Source: Oligoflexia bacterium
Lineage (GTDB): Bacteria; Bdellovibrionota; Bdellovibrionia; JABDDW01
NCBI GenBank assembly: GCA_043732305.1
Contig: JAYTHU010000031.1
Location: forward strand, 23,033-87,032
Length of the DNA: 64,000 nt
Direction of reading: 5' to 3'
In this document: positions 29,567 through 39,011 of the stretch, piece by piece
How the letters are laid out: the number at the start of each line of letters is the position of its first letter
Position numbering within the stretch: the first letter of the stretch is position 1
The notes under the pieces: generated by a model
What the model saw: the letters and a program-made list of their open reading frames with translations, nothing else
Databases searched by the model: none
What the model was told of the DNA's origin: nothing
Made by a program: the position numbers and the translations under genes

Positions 29567-30148
29567 TTAAAAAATAAATACACGGTAAAAAACATATTTG
29601 TAGAATTCGTCAAACGTGGTCACCCAAAGTTTTAAACCTTGAGTGCGGTCACTCGGCACCACGTACGGAATGATTGTCACAACCGGTGGAAACACATGCT
29701 CAAAAGTCTGCAGCGCACGATTCATATGATAATCAGACGTGATCAAGAGAATACTCTTACAACTCAAAGCTTCCACCAAAGCTAAACTCTGTTGGGCGTT
29801 TCCGGCAGTAGAATTAGAACGTCGTTCTAAAATAACTTTTTCCAAATCTATTTCCGGAGAAAAAACTACTTCAGGAATCATATCCATCAGTGTCGAGTGT
29901 TGATGAACGCCAGAAATAATAAGTCTTTTGATTTGTCTGCGGCTCATTAGCGCGAGTCCTTCACGGATCCGCCCTGGCCCCCCAGTAAGAACGACACCAC
30001 AATCAGCGCGACTATTGTAAGAACGCGGGAGAGTGCCTCTAATGATCTCTGAGTACTCGTTCATTCCAAAAATCGGAATAACAATCCACAAAAAGATCAA
30101 TAGATAGATGAGATATTTAAATAGCCGCGATAATTTCGATTTCAACAT
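29567..30148 (-). CDS. YdcF/DUF218 (ElyC-like) protein
   Basis: N-terminal TM, VVLTGG, ISG, STAGNA, LITSDYHMNRA. Start trimmed to MLKSK. Confidence 0.85.
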   Translation of the reverse strand: MLKSKLSRLFKYLIYLLIFLWIVIPIFGMNEYSEIIRGTLPRSYNSRADCGVVLTGGPGRIREGLALMSRRQIKRLIISGVHQHSTLMDMIPEVVFSPEIDLEKVILERRSNSTAGNAQQSLALVEALSCKSILLITSDYHMNRALQTFEHVFPPVVTIIPYVVPSDRTQGLKLWVTTFDEFYKYVFYRVFIF

Positions 30149-30500
30149 CAACCCCTTTAGGGAGAGCCGAAACTTCAACTGTGCTTCGCGCTGGTGGATT
30201 TTCTGTAAAATACCCACCGTAAACTTCATTGACCGCAGCAAAGTCACTCATGTTTTTTAGAAATATCGTGGTCTTGACGACATTTTTAAAATCGCCTCCA
30301 GCCTCAGTCAAAACGGCTTTAATATTTTTCATGACTAGTATGGCTTGTTCTGTGACAGTGCCTTTCAGCACTTCGTTGGTTGCAGGATCAATCGCGATTT
30401 GACCGCTACAAAATAGTAATCCATTAGAAAGCACGGCCTGACTGTAGGGGCCGACAGGAGCGGGAGCATGAGCGGTACGAATTATTTTTTTTCCGGACAT
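30117..30500 (-). CDS. ridA: RidA/YjgF enamine deaminase
   Basis: APAPVGPYSQA, SGQI, NEVY, PARS, LPKGVDVEIE; GGAGGT RBS. Confidence 0.93.
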   Translation of the reverse strand: MSGKKIIRTAHAPAPVGPYSQAVLSNGLLFCSGQIAIDPATNEVLKGTVTEQAILVMKNIKAVLTEAGGDFKNVVKTTIFLKNMSDFAAVNEVYGGYFTENPPARSTVEVSALPKGVDVEIEIIAAI

Positions 30501-30564
30501 TTGAAAACCTCCAAGGTTTGAGATTACCATTTTGCCGGTTTAATAGAGCAAATGCCAATGAGAA

Positions 30565-31038
30565 TTAAACGATGCGGGTCTTTTTCTTTCCACTGCGCTT
30601 GTGCTCTTTAAGTGCTTGCCTGATCATAGGAGCCATATCTGCGATGTATTGAAAAATAGGATTTTTAAATTCAAACTCCATTGTTTCCACACCCATCAAA
30701 ACGAGATTAACCCAAAAAGTAGGGTCAGAAATCGTATTTTCATCTTTCCCATCAATCTTTTGTGATTCAATCCATAGTGCAACCCACCGGCTAACTGTCT
30801 GTTGAGTTTTAGTTTGAAGATCACGGACAGAGTTTTCCATTCGTTTAATAAAAAATAAAGGCAAACCAATTCCAAAAATGAGAACCCCTAAGCCAATGAA
30901 CATCATGGCTTCAGGTTGAACCATTCCAGTTTTAAAAAAATAAAACGCAGCCACTATTCCCGTGAACAATAAAAAGAAATTGATCAAGAGTAACGCTTGA
31001 AGATATTTTTTTAACATTCGATATTTCGCTAAACTCAT
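30565..31038 (-). CDS. Hypothetical membrane protein (2 TM)
   Basis: Two hydrophobic segments in the N-terminal half. Confidence 0.7.
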   Translation of the reverse strand: MSLAKYRMLKKYLQALLLINFFLLFTGIVAAFYFFKTGMVQPEAMMFIGLGVLIFGIGLPLFFIKRMENSVRDLQTKTQQTVSRWVALWIESQKIDGKDENTISDPTFWVNLVLMGVETMEFEFKNPIFQYIADMAPMIRQALKEHKRSGKKKTRIV

Positions 31039-31215
31039 ATGCTTCCTATCGGGTTGAAATCATCAGACCTAACCTAGACTCTGGTCCAAATATACTCAGC
31101 GTTGCTGACTCGAACACTCATCTGGGTTTGGCGGAATCGATACCGACAGGGTACACGTATATTTTCTAATTCCCTTGACGGCACATTTTTTATCTTCGAT
31201 CATGTTTATAACATA

Positions 31216-31425
31216 ATGACGACACCAAAAAAAAACGACAAGCCTCAAAAAATTATTTTGCAATCCACTCTGATCGAACTTCAAAAAGCTTTCGATGATT
31301 GGGATAAAGTCGTTGTGCCCGAACCAGTGAAACCGGAAGTAGAAGGCGCAGAAACGGAAATTAGGAAAAAAACTCAAGAAATTTTACAGAAGCTCAATGA
31401 GCAAATTAAAGAGTTCGACCTTTAA
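31216..31425 (+). CDS. Small hypothetical helical protein
   Basis: Charged helical ORF MTTPKKNDK...IKEFDL; start trimmed from the track. Confidence 0.55.
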   Translation: MTTPKKNDKPQKIILQSTLIELQKAFDDWDKVVVPEPVKPEVEGAETEIRKKTQEILQKLNEQIKEFDL

Positions 31426-31461
31426 CTTCCCGCTCTAGTAAGTTTCAAATTTTATAATTTT

Positions 31462-32145
31462 CTAAAAATGATAAATTCCCAAGAAAACCAGTCCACCGAG
31501 TAGCGCAAATGCTGCTCCCCGTTTGCCAGCTGCAGAAATAGGCAGAAGCTGTGAAAACGTGATGTACACAAGAATCCCGCCTGAAATGGGCAAGAGATAC
31601 TCCTGCCATTGCGAGAAAATCGAAGGAGCAAGCAATCCCAAACCTAATGCAGATAGCACGATTCCTAAAGACATGAGAGCTCGCCAAACTGTGGCTCCAG
31701 CGGCTAATGCGACCCCGAAAACAATCAATGATTCAGGGATGAGATGGAAAATTTGCCCAATTAAAACTTTTTGTCCCAAACCTGTGCTCGATAGAAAAGT
31801 AGTTCGAATGGCCACTCCGTCAAACAGCGCACAGAAAGTAAGACAACCAACCGTCGAACAGGCCGCAGCGACATCCAGCAAAGGCGCATGCGAATGCCCA
31901 TGACCGTGGTCATGCGAATGATCATGATGAGAACAAGAATCTACACTGGTATTTAAAAAATTGAGATGAGGGGAAACAAATCGATCGAAGATAAATACTA
32001 AAACAACGCCCGCCAGGATCCACGGCGAGCGATTTTTTACTGTAGGAATGAGATCGATGAAAATCAGCGCGGATAAGTAGCCCGTGCCGAATGCCATCAT
32101 GGACCTTAATATTTTATTTGATGCTAGGCTTTTTTCGCTTTTCAA
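31462..32145 (-). CDS. ZIP-family divalent metal transporter
   Basis: His-rich loop HHDHSHDHGHGHSH, LFDGVAI, FHLIPE, multiple TMs. Start uncertain. Confidence 0.8.
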   Translation of the reverse strand: MKSEKSLASNKILRSMMAFGTGYLSALIFIDLIPTVKNRSPWILAGVVLVFIFDRFVSPHLNFLNTSVDSCSHHDHSHDHGHGHSHAPLLDVAAACSTVGCLTFCALFDGVAIRTTFLSSTGLGQKVLIGQIFHLIPESLIVFGVALAAGATVWRALMSLGIVLSALGLGLLAPSIFSQWQEYLLPISGGILVYITFSQLLPISAAGKRGAAFALLGGLVFLGIYHF

Positions 32146-32407
32146 GACTTCTCTTTATTTTCACCAAGCGCGCGGAGAGATTTTCTTCACGAGCTTTGAA
32201 AATGGCATTGGCAATTCCGCCCTGCTTTTGAATTGTCTTGATTCCGTTAGCAGAAATCTTCAAAGTGATCGAACGCCCGATCTCTTCAATGATATATCTC
32301 TTGTGAGTGATATTTGGCAGCCAACGCGTTCTATTTTTATTGTTCGCGTGACTGACCAAGTTTCCTGATCTGGGACCGATACCGGTAAGTTCACAAAATT
32401 GAGACAT
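32114..32407 (-). CDS. rpmB: 50S ribosomal protein L28
   Basis: CELTG, GNLVSHANNKNRTRWLPN. Confidence 0.95.
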   Translation of the reverse strand: MSQFCELTGIGPRSGNLVSHANNKNRTRWLPNITHKRYIIEEIGRSITLKISANGIKTIQKQGGIANAIFKAREENLSARLVKIKRSLEKRKKPSIK

Positions 32408-32961
32408 TATTCAGCTCCTCGTTGATGACCACCACCGAAACCACCACCGCCGTGTCCACCACGGTCTCCACGATCGCCTCTATCATGCCCGCCGCCAAAT
32501 CCACCGCCGCCGCCACGATCAAAACCGCCGCCACCGCCGCGATCTCCACCGTCACGGCCGCCGCCGAAACCGCCGCGACTTCCGCGATCACGATAGCTGC
32601 TTTGTTGTTCTTCGTAGTTGATATATTTTGTTCCAACAGGAAGAAGTGCAAGTGTGCGAGCACGTTTAATGTGCACTTTTAATGATCTTTGTTGTTTAGC
32701 ACTCAGTCGGCTCACACGAGCAGGAATAATTTTTCCATGTTCGGTAACAAACGGTCTGAGACTTTCAGGATCTTTGTAATCGAAAACCAAATCGACTGCG
32801 GGACGTGGTCGTCCTCGGCGTCCTCCGCCTCGGAATCCTCCGCCTTTTTCATCGCCACCGTCACGGCCGCCACCATCGCGTCCGCCACCGTCACGACCAC
32901 CAGCACTTCGGTCAGAACCGTGTGCGCCTCTTGAATCTCTAGTTTCTCTTTGTTCTCTCAT
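32407..32961 (-). CDS. rpsR: 30S ribosomal protein S18 with Gly/Arg/Asp-rich N- and C-terminal extensions
   Basis: DYKD...[14 protein letters not shown]...QQR...[11 protein letters not shown] core flanked by GGRDGG repeats. Confidence 0.93.
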   Translation of the reverse strand: MREQRETRDSRGAHGSDRSAGGRDGGGRDGGGRDGGDEKGGGFRGGGRRGRPRPAVDLVFDYKDPESLRPFVTEHGKIIPARVSRLSAKQQRSLKVHIKRARTLALLPVGTKYINYEEQQSSYRDRGSRGGFGGGRDGGDRGGGGGFDRGGGGGFGGGHDRGDRGDRGGHGGGGFGGGHQRGAE

Positions 32962-32972
32962 TTAAAAAATCC

Positions 32973-33140
32973 TCACTTAATTTCTTTGTGCAAAGTATGT
33001 CTTCGCAGGAACGGATTGAACTTCATTTTCTGAAGGCGATCCGGTGTCTTAGTTTTGTTTTTTGATGTGGAGTAACGAGAGGGCGGTTTGCCTTCTTTAC
33101 GTGCTTCTGTGCATTCCAATGTGATTAGAACTCGTGCCAT
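32973..33140 (-). CDS. rpmG: 50S ribosomal protein L33 (below the ORF-track cutoff)
   Basis: Manual translation: [55 protein letters not shown]. Confidence 0.93.
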   Translation of the reverse strand: MARVLITLECTEARKEGKPPSRYSTSKNKTKTPDRLQKMKFNPFLRRHTLHKEIK

Positions 33141-33239
33141 AAAATAAACCTTTCTTGATCTTTATCTGAGCGCTTGAAATTACCCCTACTCCCCGCTATT
33201 TTGCAACTGTAAATATTTAAATAATAAGGGAGCGGTTCA

Positions 33240-34571
33240 TTGACTCAATCATCACACACACCAAACGCATCAAAACTTCTGATTAAAAACTGTGATCTTT
33301 GGACAACGTCAGAGGTGAAAGTCGCTCAAGACATCATCGTTCACGATGGAAAAATCGTCGATATTTATCCATCTTCGATCTCAAACGGTGAAAATTTTCA
33401 TGATCACGTCGTGTATGAACCCAAGGACGCATTGATTCACCCACTTGGCGTTGACCCTCAAGCCCACTTGCGTGTTCCAGGTCAGAGTCAGAAGGAAACA
33501 GCCGAGACCGGTATCAAAGCAGCGCTTCGCGGGGGTTACGGGGCTCTTCTCACCATGCCAAACACTCAGCCTGTAATTGATACTCCGGAAATTTGTGACA
33601 TCGCCATGAAAGAACTTAAACCCTGGATGGACAAACTCGGGGTGAATGTCTATTTGTCTGCCGCCATGACAGTGGGGCAAAACGGAAAAATGCCAGTCGA
33701 AGGACTCTCGCTTAAAAAATGGGGCGTGAAAGCACTGACTGATGACGGGAAAGGCCTGGCCTCTGACGAACTCATGGAAAAACTTTTTCAAATTTCAGAG
33801 CAGACAGGTCTTCCTTTGCTTCAGCACGCAGAATTTCCTGGTCACGGAGGTGTTCTTGCTCCGGGGAGCGTGCAAAAGAAACTTGGCGTGAAGCCCTATT
33901 TTGCTGATCCTGAAGTTGAAATGGTAAAAAGAGACATCGCGCTATTGAGAAAACATCCAAAAGCGCATTATCACGTGCTTCACGTCTCAAGCGCGCAGAC
34001 AATTGAACTTGTAGCCCAGGCTAAAAAAGAAGGATTGCCCATCACTTGTGAAGTTTGCCCTCACCATCTTTTATTCACCACAGAAGACATCCGTGAAAAC
34101 GATAGCTCGTTTAAGATGAATCCACCTCTGAGATCAGCCAACGACCGCAAAGTTTTACAGCAGGGTTTAGATGAAGGAATTATTGATTTTGTTTCGACTG
34201 ATCATGCTCCGCACGAGGCATCATTAAAAACTCGCGAATTCACTTCTGCGGCCTTCGGAACAACGGGACTGGAAACTGCGCTGAGGGCATTGCTGTTTTT
34301 AGAAAGCGAAAATCTACTCTCGAAGAAAAGAGTGGTTGAAACGTTCTCTCACCGCCCGGCCATGTTTTTGAAAATTGAGAATGAGATCAGTCAACTTTCT
34401 AAGGGAGATTTTTTTCATGCAGTGATTGTCGAAAATAAATCCAAGGCCACTAAAATAGAAAAAGCTGATCTAGCCAGCCTTTCTTCGAACAATTGTTTCC
34501 TAGAATTTGCAATGCCCGGGAAAATCACTAGGGTCTACAATAGAAAAGGCCAATTTGATTTCTCAAATTGA
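33240..34571 (+). CDS. pyrC: Dihydroorotase-family amidohydrolase
   Basis: DPQAHLRVPG, MPNTQP, TDDG, QHAE, EVCPHHL, KMNPPLR, TDHAPH. Confidence 0.85.
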   Translation: MTQSSHTPNASKLLIKNCDLWTTSEVKVAQDIIVHDGKIVDIYPSSISNGENFHDHVVYEPKDALIHPLGVDPQAHLRVPGQSQKETAETGIKAALRGGYGALLTMPNTQPVIDTPEICDIAMKELKPWMDKLGVNVYLSAAMTVGQNGKMPVEGLSLKKWGVKALTDDGKGLASDELMEKLFQISEQTGLPLLQHAEFPGHGGVLAPGSVQKKLGVKPYFADPEVEMVKRDIALLRKHPKAHYHVLHVSSAQTIELVAQAKKEGLPITCEVCPHHLLFTTEDIRENDSSFKMNPPLRSANDRKVLQQGLDEGIIDFVSTDHAPHEASLKTREFTSAAFGTTGLETALRALLFLESENLLSKKRVVETFSHRPAMFLKIENEISQLSKGDFFHAVIVENKSKATKIEKADLASLSSNNCFLEFAMPGKITRVYNRKGQFDFSN

Positions 34572-34605
34572 CCTTCTAATTTCCCTCTTAGACTGAGAGG
34601 ATGAA

Positions 34606-34911
34606 CTACCAGCTGGCTTTTGTTACGCCAGGCAAGAGACCTTTGAGGGCCATCTGTCTGAACGTCAAGCGAGACAATTCAAATTTCTTGTAAACCGCAC
34701 GTGGGCGGCCAGTCACTCGGCAACGATTACGAATTCTGTTTTCACAGGAATTTCGTGGCAGAGCTTCGAGTTTACGTCGAGCTTCAGATCGGTCTTCAGG
34801 AGACAATTTGATACTCTTAGCAAGAGCACGCAGTTCCTGTCGGACTTCACGATACTGTTCAGTCACTCGTTTTTTTCGGTCATTGTTCGCAATTTTTGAT
34901 AATTTAGCCAT
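34606..34911 (-). CDS. rpsN: 30S ribosomal protein S14, long (101-aa) Zn-ribbon-less form
   Basis: [18 protein letters not shown]...[21 protein letters not shown]. Confidence 0.95.
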   Translation of the reverse strand: MAKLSKIANNDRKKRVTEQYREVRQELRALAKSIKLSPEDRSEARRKLEALPRNSCENRIRNRCRVTGRPRAVYKKFELSRLTFRQMALKGLLPGVTKASW

Positions 34912-34987
34912 CGAGTTAAAACTCCATTTGTTTTTAAATTCGCTCCAAACTACTTCAGGACGAATTCTTTTTCAATACATTTGTTTT

Positions 34988-35003
34988 TGGCCCTGCTATT
35001 GCA
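34988..35003 (+). promoter_or_regulatory. sigma54 promoter for the secreted protein at 35058
   Basis: TGGCCCTGCTATTGCA = GG-N10-GC. Confidence 0.6.
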
Positions 35004-35057
35004 TTAGAAAGCTAACAAAACACAACAACATGCTCTCCAAAGGATTAAGGGATAGGA

Positions 35058-35720
35058 ATGAAGCCATTCGTAATAGTATTTAGTCTGCTACTGGCTGGTT
35101 TCACATCAACGGCGCTCTCAAAAGTAACGGAAACTGACTATGCTTCGGCTTTCGATGCATTGAAGACATTTAGTGAAAGACCCGGCCGCGGGCCCTATGA
35201 ATCTTGGGAAAAGCTTGAGGCCAACCTGGCAAAATCATTTGTTGTCATCAAAGAGCCAGAAACAGACATTCAACCGTATAATTTTGTTGTCTACTCGCCC
35301 TTTGATCTTCCAACTAAGTTCGGTGCAGCCGCTCACACTTTTGTATTAAGGCGCACCAAAGCTTCTCGCTTTCAGGTTCTCGTTTCAAGGAATGAAGACC
35401 TGACTCTCTCAAGTTCGCTTGTTCCCACATTGTTTGAAGAGAATGAAAAATCAAATCCGATAGTGCGAGACGTTGTCATTTCACGTTTTAAGTTTGAAAA
35501 CGAAACTTCGCTTCAAGAATTCTTAAACAAATGGAAAAATGCTCGCTCTGCTTACGTCGGAGATGGGTCAGTTCGCTACCCCCAACAAGCCAGAGCAATT
35601 AGATCAATATTTACCGAAGCTTTTCCGTATATCTGGCTGAAAGAAAAATTTGCCTCTGGGAAATCATGTTTGAATCGACTCAAAAATGTGACTGACGGAA
35701 ATCAGCCTCTGAGGAAGTGA
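35058..35720 (+). CDS. Secreted hypothetical protein
   Basis: Signal peptide MKPFVIVFSLLLAGFTSTALS; C-terminal SCLNRLKNV. Confidence 0.75.
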   Translation: MKPFVIVFSLLLAGFTSTALSKVTETDYASAFDALKTFSERPGRGPYESWEKLEANLAKSFVVIKEPETDIQPYNFVVYSPFDLPTKFGAAAHTFVLRRTKASRFQVLVSRNEDLTLSSSLVPTLFEENEKSNPIVRDVVISRFKFENETSLQEFLNKWKNARSAYVGDGSVRYPQQARAIRSIFTEAFPYIWLKEKFASGKSCLNRLKNVTDGNQPLRK

Positions 35721-36190
35721 CAAGTGTAACCACCAGGATTTTTCTGCAGGTAATCCTGGTGATAGGTTTCGGCAGAATAAAACTGTTCGGCGGGAATAAT
35801 TTCAGTCACAATCGGCCTTGACCAGCGTCCGGAATCTTGAACTTCTTTCTTTTTATTTTCGGCGACGGTTTTCTGATCTTCGTTTTGGTAAAAAATTATT
35901 GAACGATATTGTGAGCCCATGTCATTGCCCTGTTGATTCTTGGTAGTGGGGTCATGCATGCGGAAGAAAAAATCTAAGATTGCTTCAAATTTAGTTTGCG
36001 TGGGATCAAACTCTATTTCAATAGATTCGGCGTGACCGGTTTTCCCAGTCTTGACTTCTTCATAGCGGGGATACTTTGTGGTTCCGCCGCAATAGCCAAC
36101 CTCAGTTTCAATCACTCCAGGGATTTTTCGAATGATATCTTCCATCCCCCAGAAGCATCCACCGGCTAAAACAGCAACTTCAGTTTTCAT
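35702..36190 (-). CDS. msrA: Peptide-methionine (S)-S-oxide reductase
   Basis: GGCFWG, GHAE, HDPT, QGNDMGSQYRS, AETYHQDY. Confidence 0.95.
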   Translation of the reverse strand: MKTEVAVLAGGCFWGMEDIIRKIPGVIETEVGYCGGTTKYPRYEEVKTGKTGHAESIEIEFDPTQTKFEAILDFFFRMHDPTTKNQQGNDMGSQYRSIIFYQNEDQKTVAENKKKEVQDSGRWSRPIVTEIIPAEQFYSAETYHQDYLQKNPGGYTCHFLRG

Positions 36191-37142
36191 TTTTTCTGCT
36201 CTCCAAAAATCTTTTTCTACAGGGACTGATGAAACTCAAAACTGATTCTTGAGAATTCATATGACCCAAAAGTTCTCTCAGAGAATGTGGCGGATGAAAA
36301 TAAAAGTCAAAATGATTCCATAAAGCTTTGAGAACAGGCTGCATTTCGTGAGCTACTGGGCGGTAATCGACGGACTTTCCTTTTACAAACACAAAGCTAT
36401 TGGTGATTTCTGACTCTAGAGGAATGTCCAAATTCAGACCGTAAGAATAAGCTAAAAAATTTCTTGGACTCTCATTGTATAGGCGAGTGTAGAAACGTTC
36501 ACTGTCCACGCATGAGTTTCGTCCAAAATCAAACATGTTCTGGATCAAAATGTTTTTGACGTTTTCTAAAAGAGTTCCAAAAACTTCTTCGTGATAATAG
36601 GCAAAGATCTCAGACATCAACACTCGGAGATCGCTCGATGACAACTCCGGGGCGATTCTTTTTGAAATGACATATGCTGTTTTAAAAAGTGCGTTGTAGA
36701 GTTCAAAATCCACAGGATTGCGCTGCTTCTTCACAAACATTTCAAATTCAGCGTGCGCCATCTCGTGAAAAACCAACCCTTGGGCAACCATCGCACTTAT
36801 ATCGTGCTGATCGCGAGCTTCGCCTAAAGTTTTTAATCTCATTCCGCTAGATTCGTGAACCAAACTATTTTCTCTGATCTTGAGGACGTTTGTCCAATCG
36901 TTGTAAGTCGCAGCTCCATCTGGAGTCAAAAATTGATCGATCACACCGAGTGCACTGAGATGGACGTGGCTAGCTACCAAATCAAAGTGATCCATGTTTA
37001 ATCCAAGGTATTTGGAAATGTCGGCAGAATATTTGGTGGTGCTGCTTGCTTGCACTCGACAGGGAAAAAATCCAAGAGAAATGAAAACGACTAAAATCAA
37101 CATGCCTACAGAATGTAGGCGCCCCTTTAAGAACGATCGCAT
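36180..37142 (-). CDS. Secreted protein with HExxH zinc-peptidase-like motif
   Basis: Signal peptide; LVFHEMAHAE with downstream SEIFAYY. Confidence 0.65.
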   Translation of the reverse strand: MRSFLKGRLHSVGMLILVVFISLGFFPCRVQASSTTKYSADISKYLGLNMDHFDLVASHVHLSALGVIDQFLTPDGAATYNDWTNVLKIRENSLVHESSGMRLKTLGEARDQHDISAMVAQGLVFHEMAHAEFEMFVKKQRNPVDFELYNALFKTAYVISKRIAPELSSSDLRVLMSEIFAYYHEEVFGTLLENVKNILIQNMFDFGRNSCVDSERFYTRLYNESPRNFLAYSYGLNLDIPLESEITNSFVFVKGKSVDYRPVAHEMQPVLKALWNHFDFYFHPPHSLRELLGHMNSQESVLSFISPCRKRFLESRKNEN

Positions 37143-37179
37143 AATATTACCCCCCGGTAAATGTCAGGCAGAGCCTATG

Positions 37180-38514
37180 TCAGGGGGTCTTTTGCACGCA
37201 AGCGAGAAATGATTTCTTATGAGAATCTTCATTCATTTGGCACAGGCTTATGACTTGACCTTTTTGATCATGGATACGCACTTTCCATTCTCCTTGGGTC
37301 ACGAGGTCAATAGTCAAATAACCAAAACTGTCAAAGCTGACAAAATCAGGATCTTCTTTTGGAAATTTATCCAGAGCCGTGCCGCTCGCACCAACTATAA
37401 ATTCAAGGGGACGATTGTCGTTGAATCTATTTAAACTCAAAATGTGGATGTGGCCGGCAATGACAACTCCGACATCCATGTTTTTTGGTATTTTAGTTTT
37501 AATTTTATTTTTTATTAATTTGGTTTCAGTTAAAAACGGTCGATGAGTTAAAATCCATAGTTTTTGATTTTCTAAAGTTTTATTTTTAGAAAGAATATCT
37601 AAACTTCTTTGAATGTTTGTTTCATCAGTGGCATCGATCACGGCTAAAACCACAGAGCCCATGGGGATCAAGTAAGGATCAATATTGTTCACACAGTTTG
37701 CAGTGTAAGGATGGGGATCTAAGAATCTCATCCAACCTTCTTTTGAGCGATTGCAATCCTCATGATTGCCACGTACAAAAATAAAGGGAGCCGTCTTTAA
37801 CAAAGGATCAGCGGGCAAAATAAAATCTTCCATCCAACTGTTAGCCACATCACCTGAAGTGATGCCTTGGCATTCGGGATGTCCTACAGGACAAGCCGAT
37901 TCTCGGTAATGATAATCCCCCACATGAATCACAAGCTCAGGATTCTCTTGCGCCATTGAGTTCGCTAAGCTTGCAAAGGGCCAAGAATTCTTATCTCCAC
38001 AACCTTGAATCGCGGCACCTTTTTCATTCACCTTCACTCGACAGCCAGTGTCACCCATAACGGCGATTCTTGTGATTCGAGACTTTGGTAAAGGGATCTT
38101 ATCAAAATCCAATATGTAACTTGGTACCTCACTTATAGGAACAGTGGCTTCATTTGGATTTTTTTCCGTCGTCCAAACACCTGATGGCTTTCTCTTGAGG
38201 CCCAGTTCACAAATTTGACTTGGGAAAGTCTTGGTAATAGCGGCTCGTCCATAAAGGGGAATAGAGCTAGACCCAACTTTTAGTGCAGGGCAGGTTCCAC
38301 CGCCCTCGCTTATGGTCCTTAAAATTGCATTTCCCCTGATTCCTTCTTCAACCCAATAATAAGGCGCGCCTTCATTGTAAACGAGGCCACTCTTCTTTTT
38401 GACAGCCGGATTTGCGAATGGTGCCTTTGCAACTTCAGCGGATTGACATGCCGTGAGAAAGACGGCAGAAAAAATAATTGAAACAAAATTTAGTTTGGAA
38501 AGTTTGATTTTCAT
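37180..38514 (-). CDS. Metallophosphoesterase lipoprotein
   Basis: Lipobox FLTA-C; GDTG, HVGDYHYRE, RGNHE, THRP, AGHIH. Confidence 0.88.
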   Translation of the reverse strand: MKIKLSKLNFVSIIFSAVFLTACQSAEVAKAPFANPAVKKKSGLVYNEGAPYYWVEEGIRGNAILRTISEGGGTCPALKVGSSSIPLYGRAAITKTFPSQICELGLKRKPSGVWTTEKNPNEATVPISEVPSYILDFDKIPLPKSRITRIAVMGDTGCRVKVNEKGAAIQGCGDKNSWPFASLANSMAQENPELVIHVGDYHYRESACPVGHPECQGITSGDVANSWMEDFILPADPLLKTAPFIFVRGNHEDCNRSKEGWMRFLDPHPYTANCVNNIDPYLIPMGSVVLAVIDATDETNIQRSLDILSKNKTLENQKLWILTHRPFLTETKLIKNKIKTKIPKNMDVGVVIAGHIHILSLNRFNDNRPLEFIVGASGTALDKFPKEDPDFVSFDSFGYLTIDLVTQGEWKVRIHDQKGQVISLCQMNEDSHKKSFLACVQKTP

Positions 38515-38544
38515 ATGAAATGATAAAACCATAAAGGGGGCTTC

Positions 38545-38922
38545 ATGAATAGAAAAATTTTAGTTGCTAGTCCAATCGCTGCGATTGCATTTTTGAATCT
38601 ATTTTCAATTTTTATTTGCGGTTTTATTTCCTCCAACTCTAGTGCGTCAACACTGAGTTGCACGAGTGTTTCCCAAGGGAAACTTGGTGGTCAGGACGTA
38701 GAAGTTAAAACTGGATTTGCTCAAGTCGAGTTCACCGATAAAGGTGTAAAATTTAAAGCCGACGTTGCAGAGGGCCACATTAATACGGTGTCGATTGAAA
38801 ACCTAGCCACAAGCGTCAGCACTCTCGCTTATTCAAGTGATGGCGAAGCTAAAACGCTTTCAACACAAATGCGCGTCCATGACAGCCTATTTGCGGGACT
38901 CGATTGCGACCTCGTCAATTAA
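38545..38922 (+). CDS. Small secreted beta-rich protein
   Basis: Hydrophobic N-terminus; one Cys near each end of the mature region. Confidence 0.65.
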   Translation: MNRKILVASPIAAIAFLNLFSIFICGFISSNSSASTLSCTSVSQGKLGGQDVEVKTGFAQVEFTDKGVKFKADVAEGHINTVSIENLATSVSTLAYSSDGEAKTLSTQMRVHDSLFAGLDCDLVN

Positions 38923-39011
38923 ATTACCAGGAGACTCTAAATATTCATAAGCTGGTCCTAAGTCTCATTAATTTCAGTAAAACTTCGCGTTTGCAAAGCC
39001 GATATAAACTC

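Noticed and set aside
32420..32900. GC-rich short repeats as a CRISPR array or mobile repeat
   Set aside because: They are codon repeats of the Gly/Arg/Asp arms of S18; there is no repeat-spacer structure and no cas gene.
34912..35057. Zur box upstream of rpsN
   Set aside because: The near-palindrome TGCTATTGCA is better explained as part of the sigma54 motif of the divergent gene.
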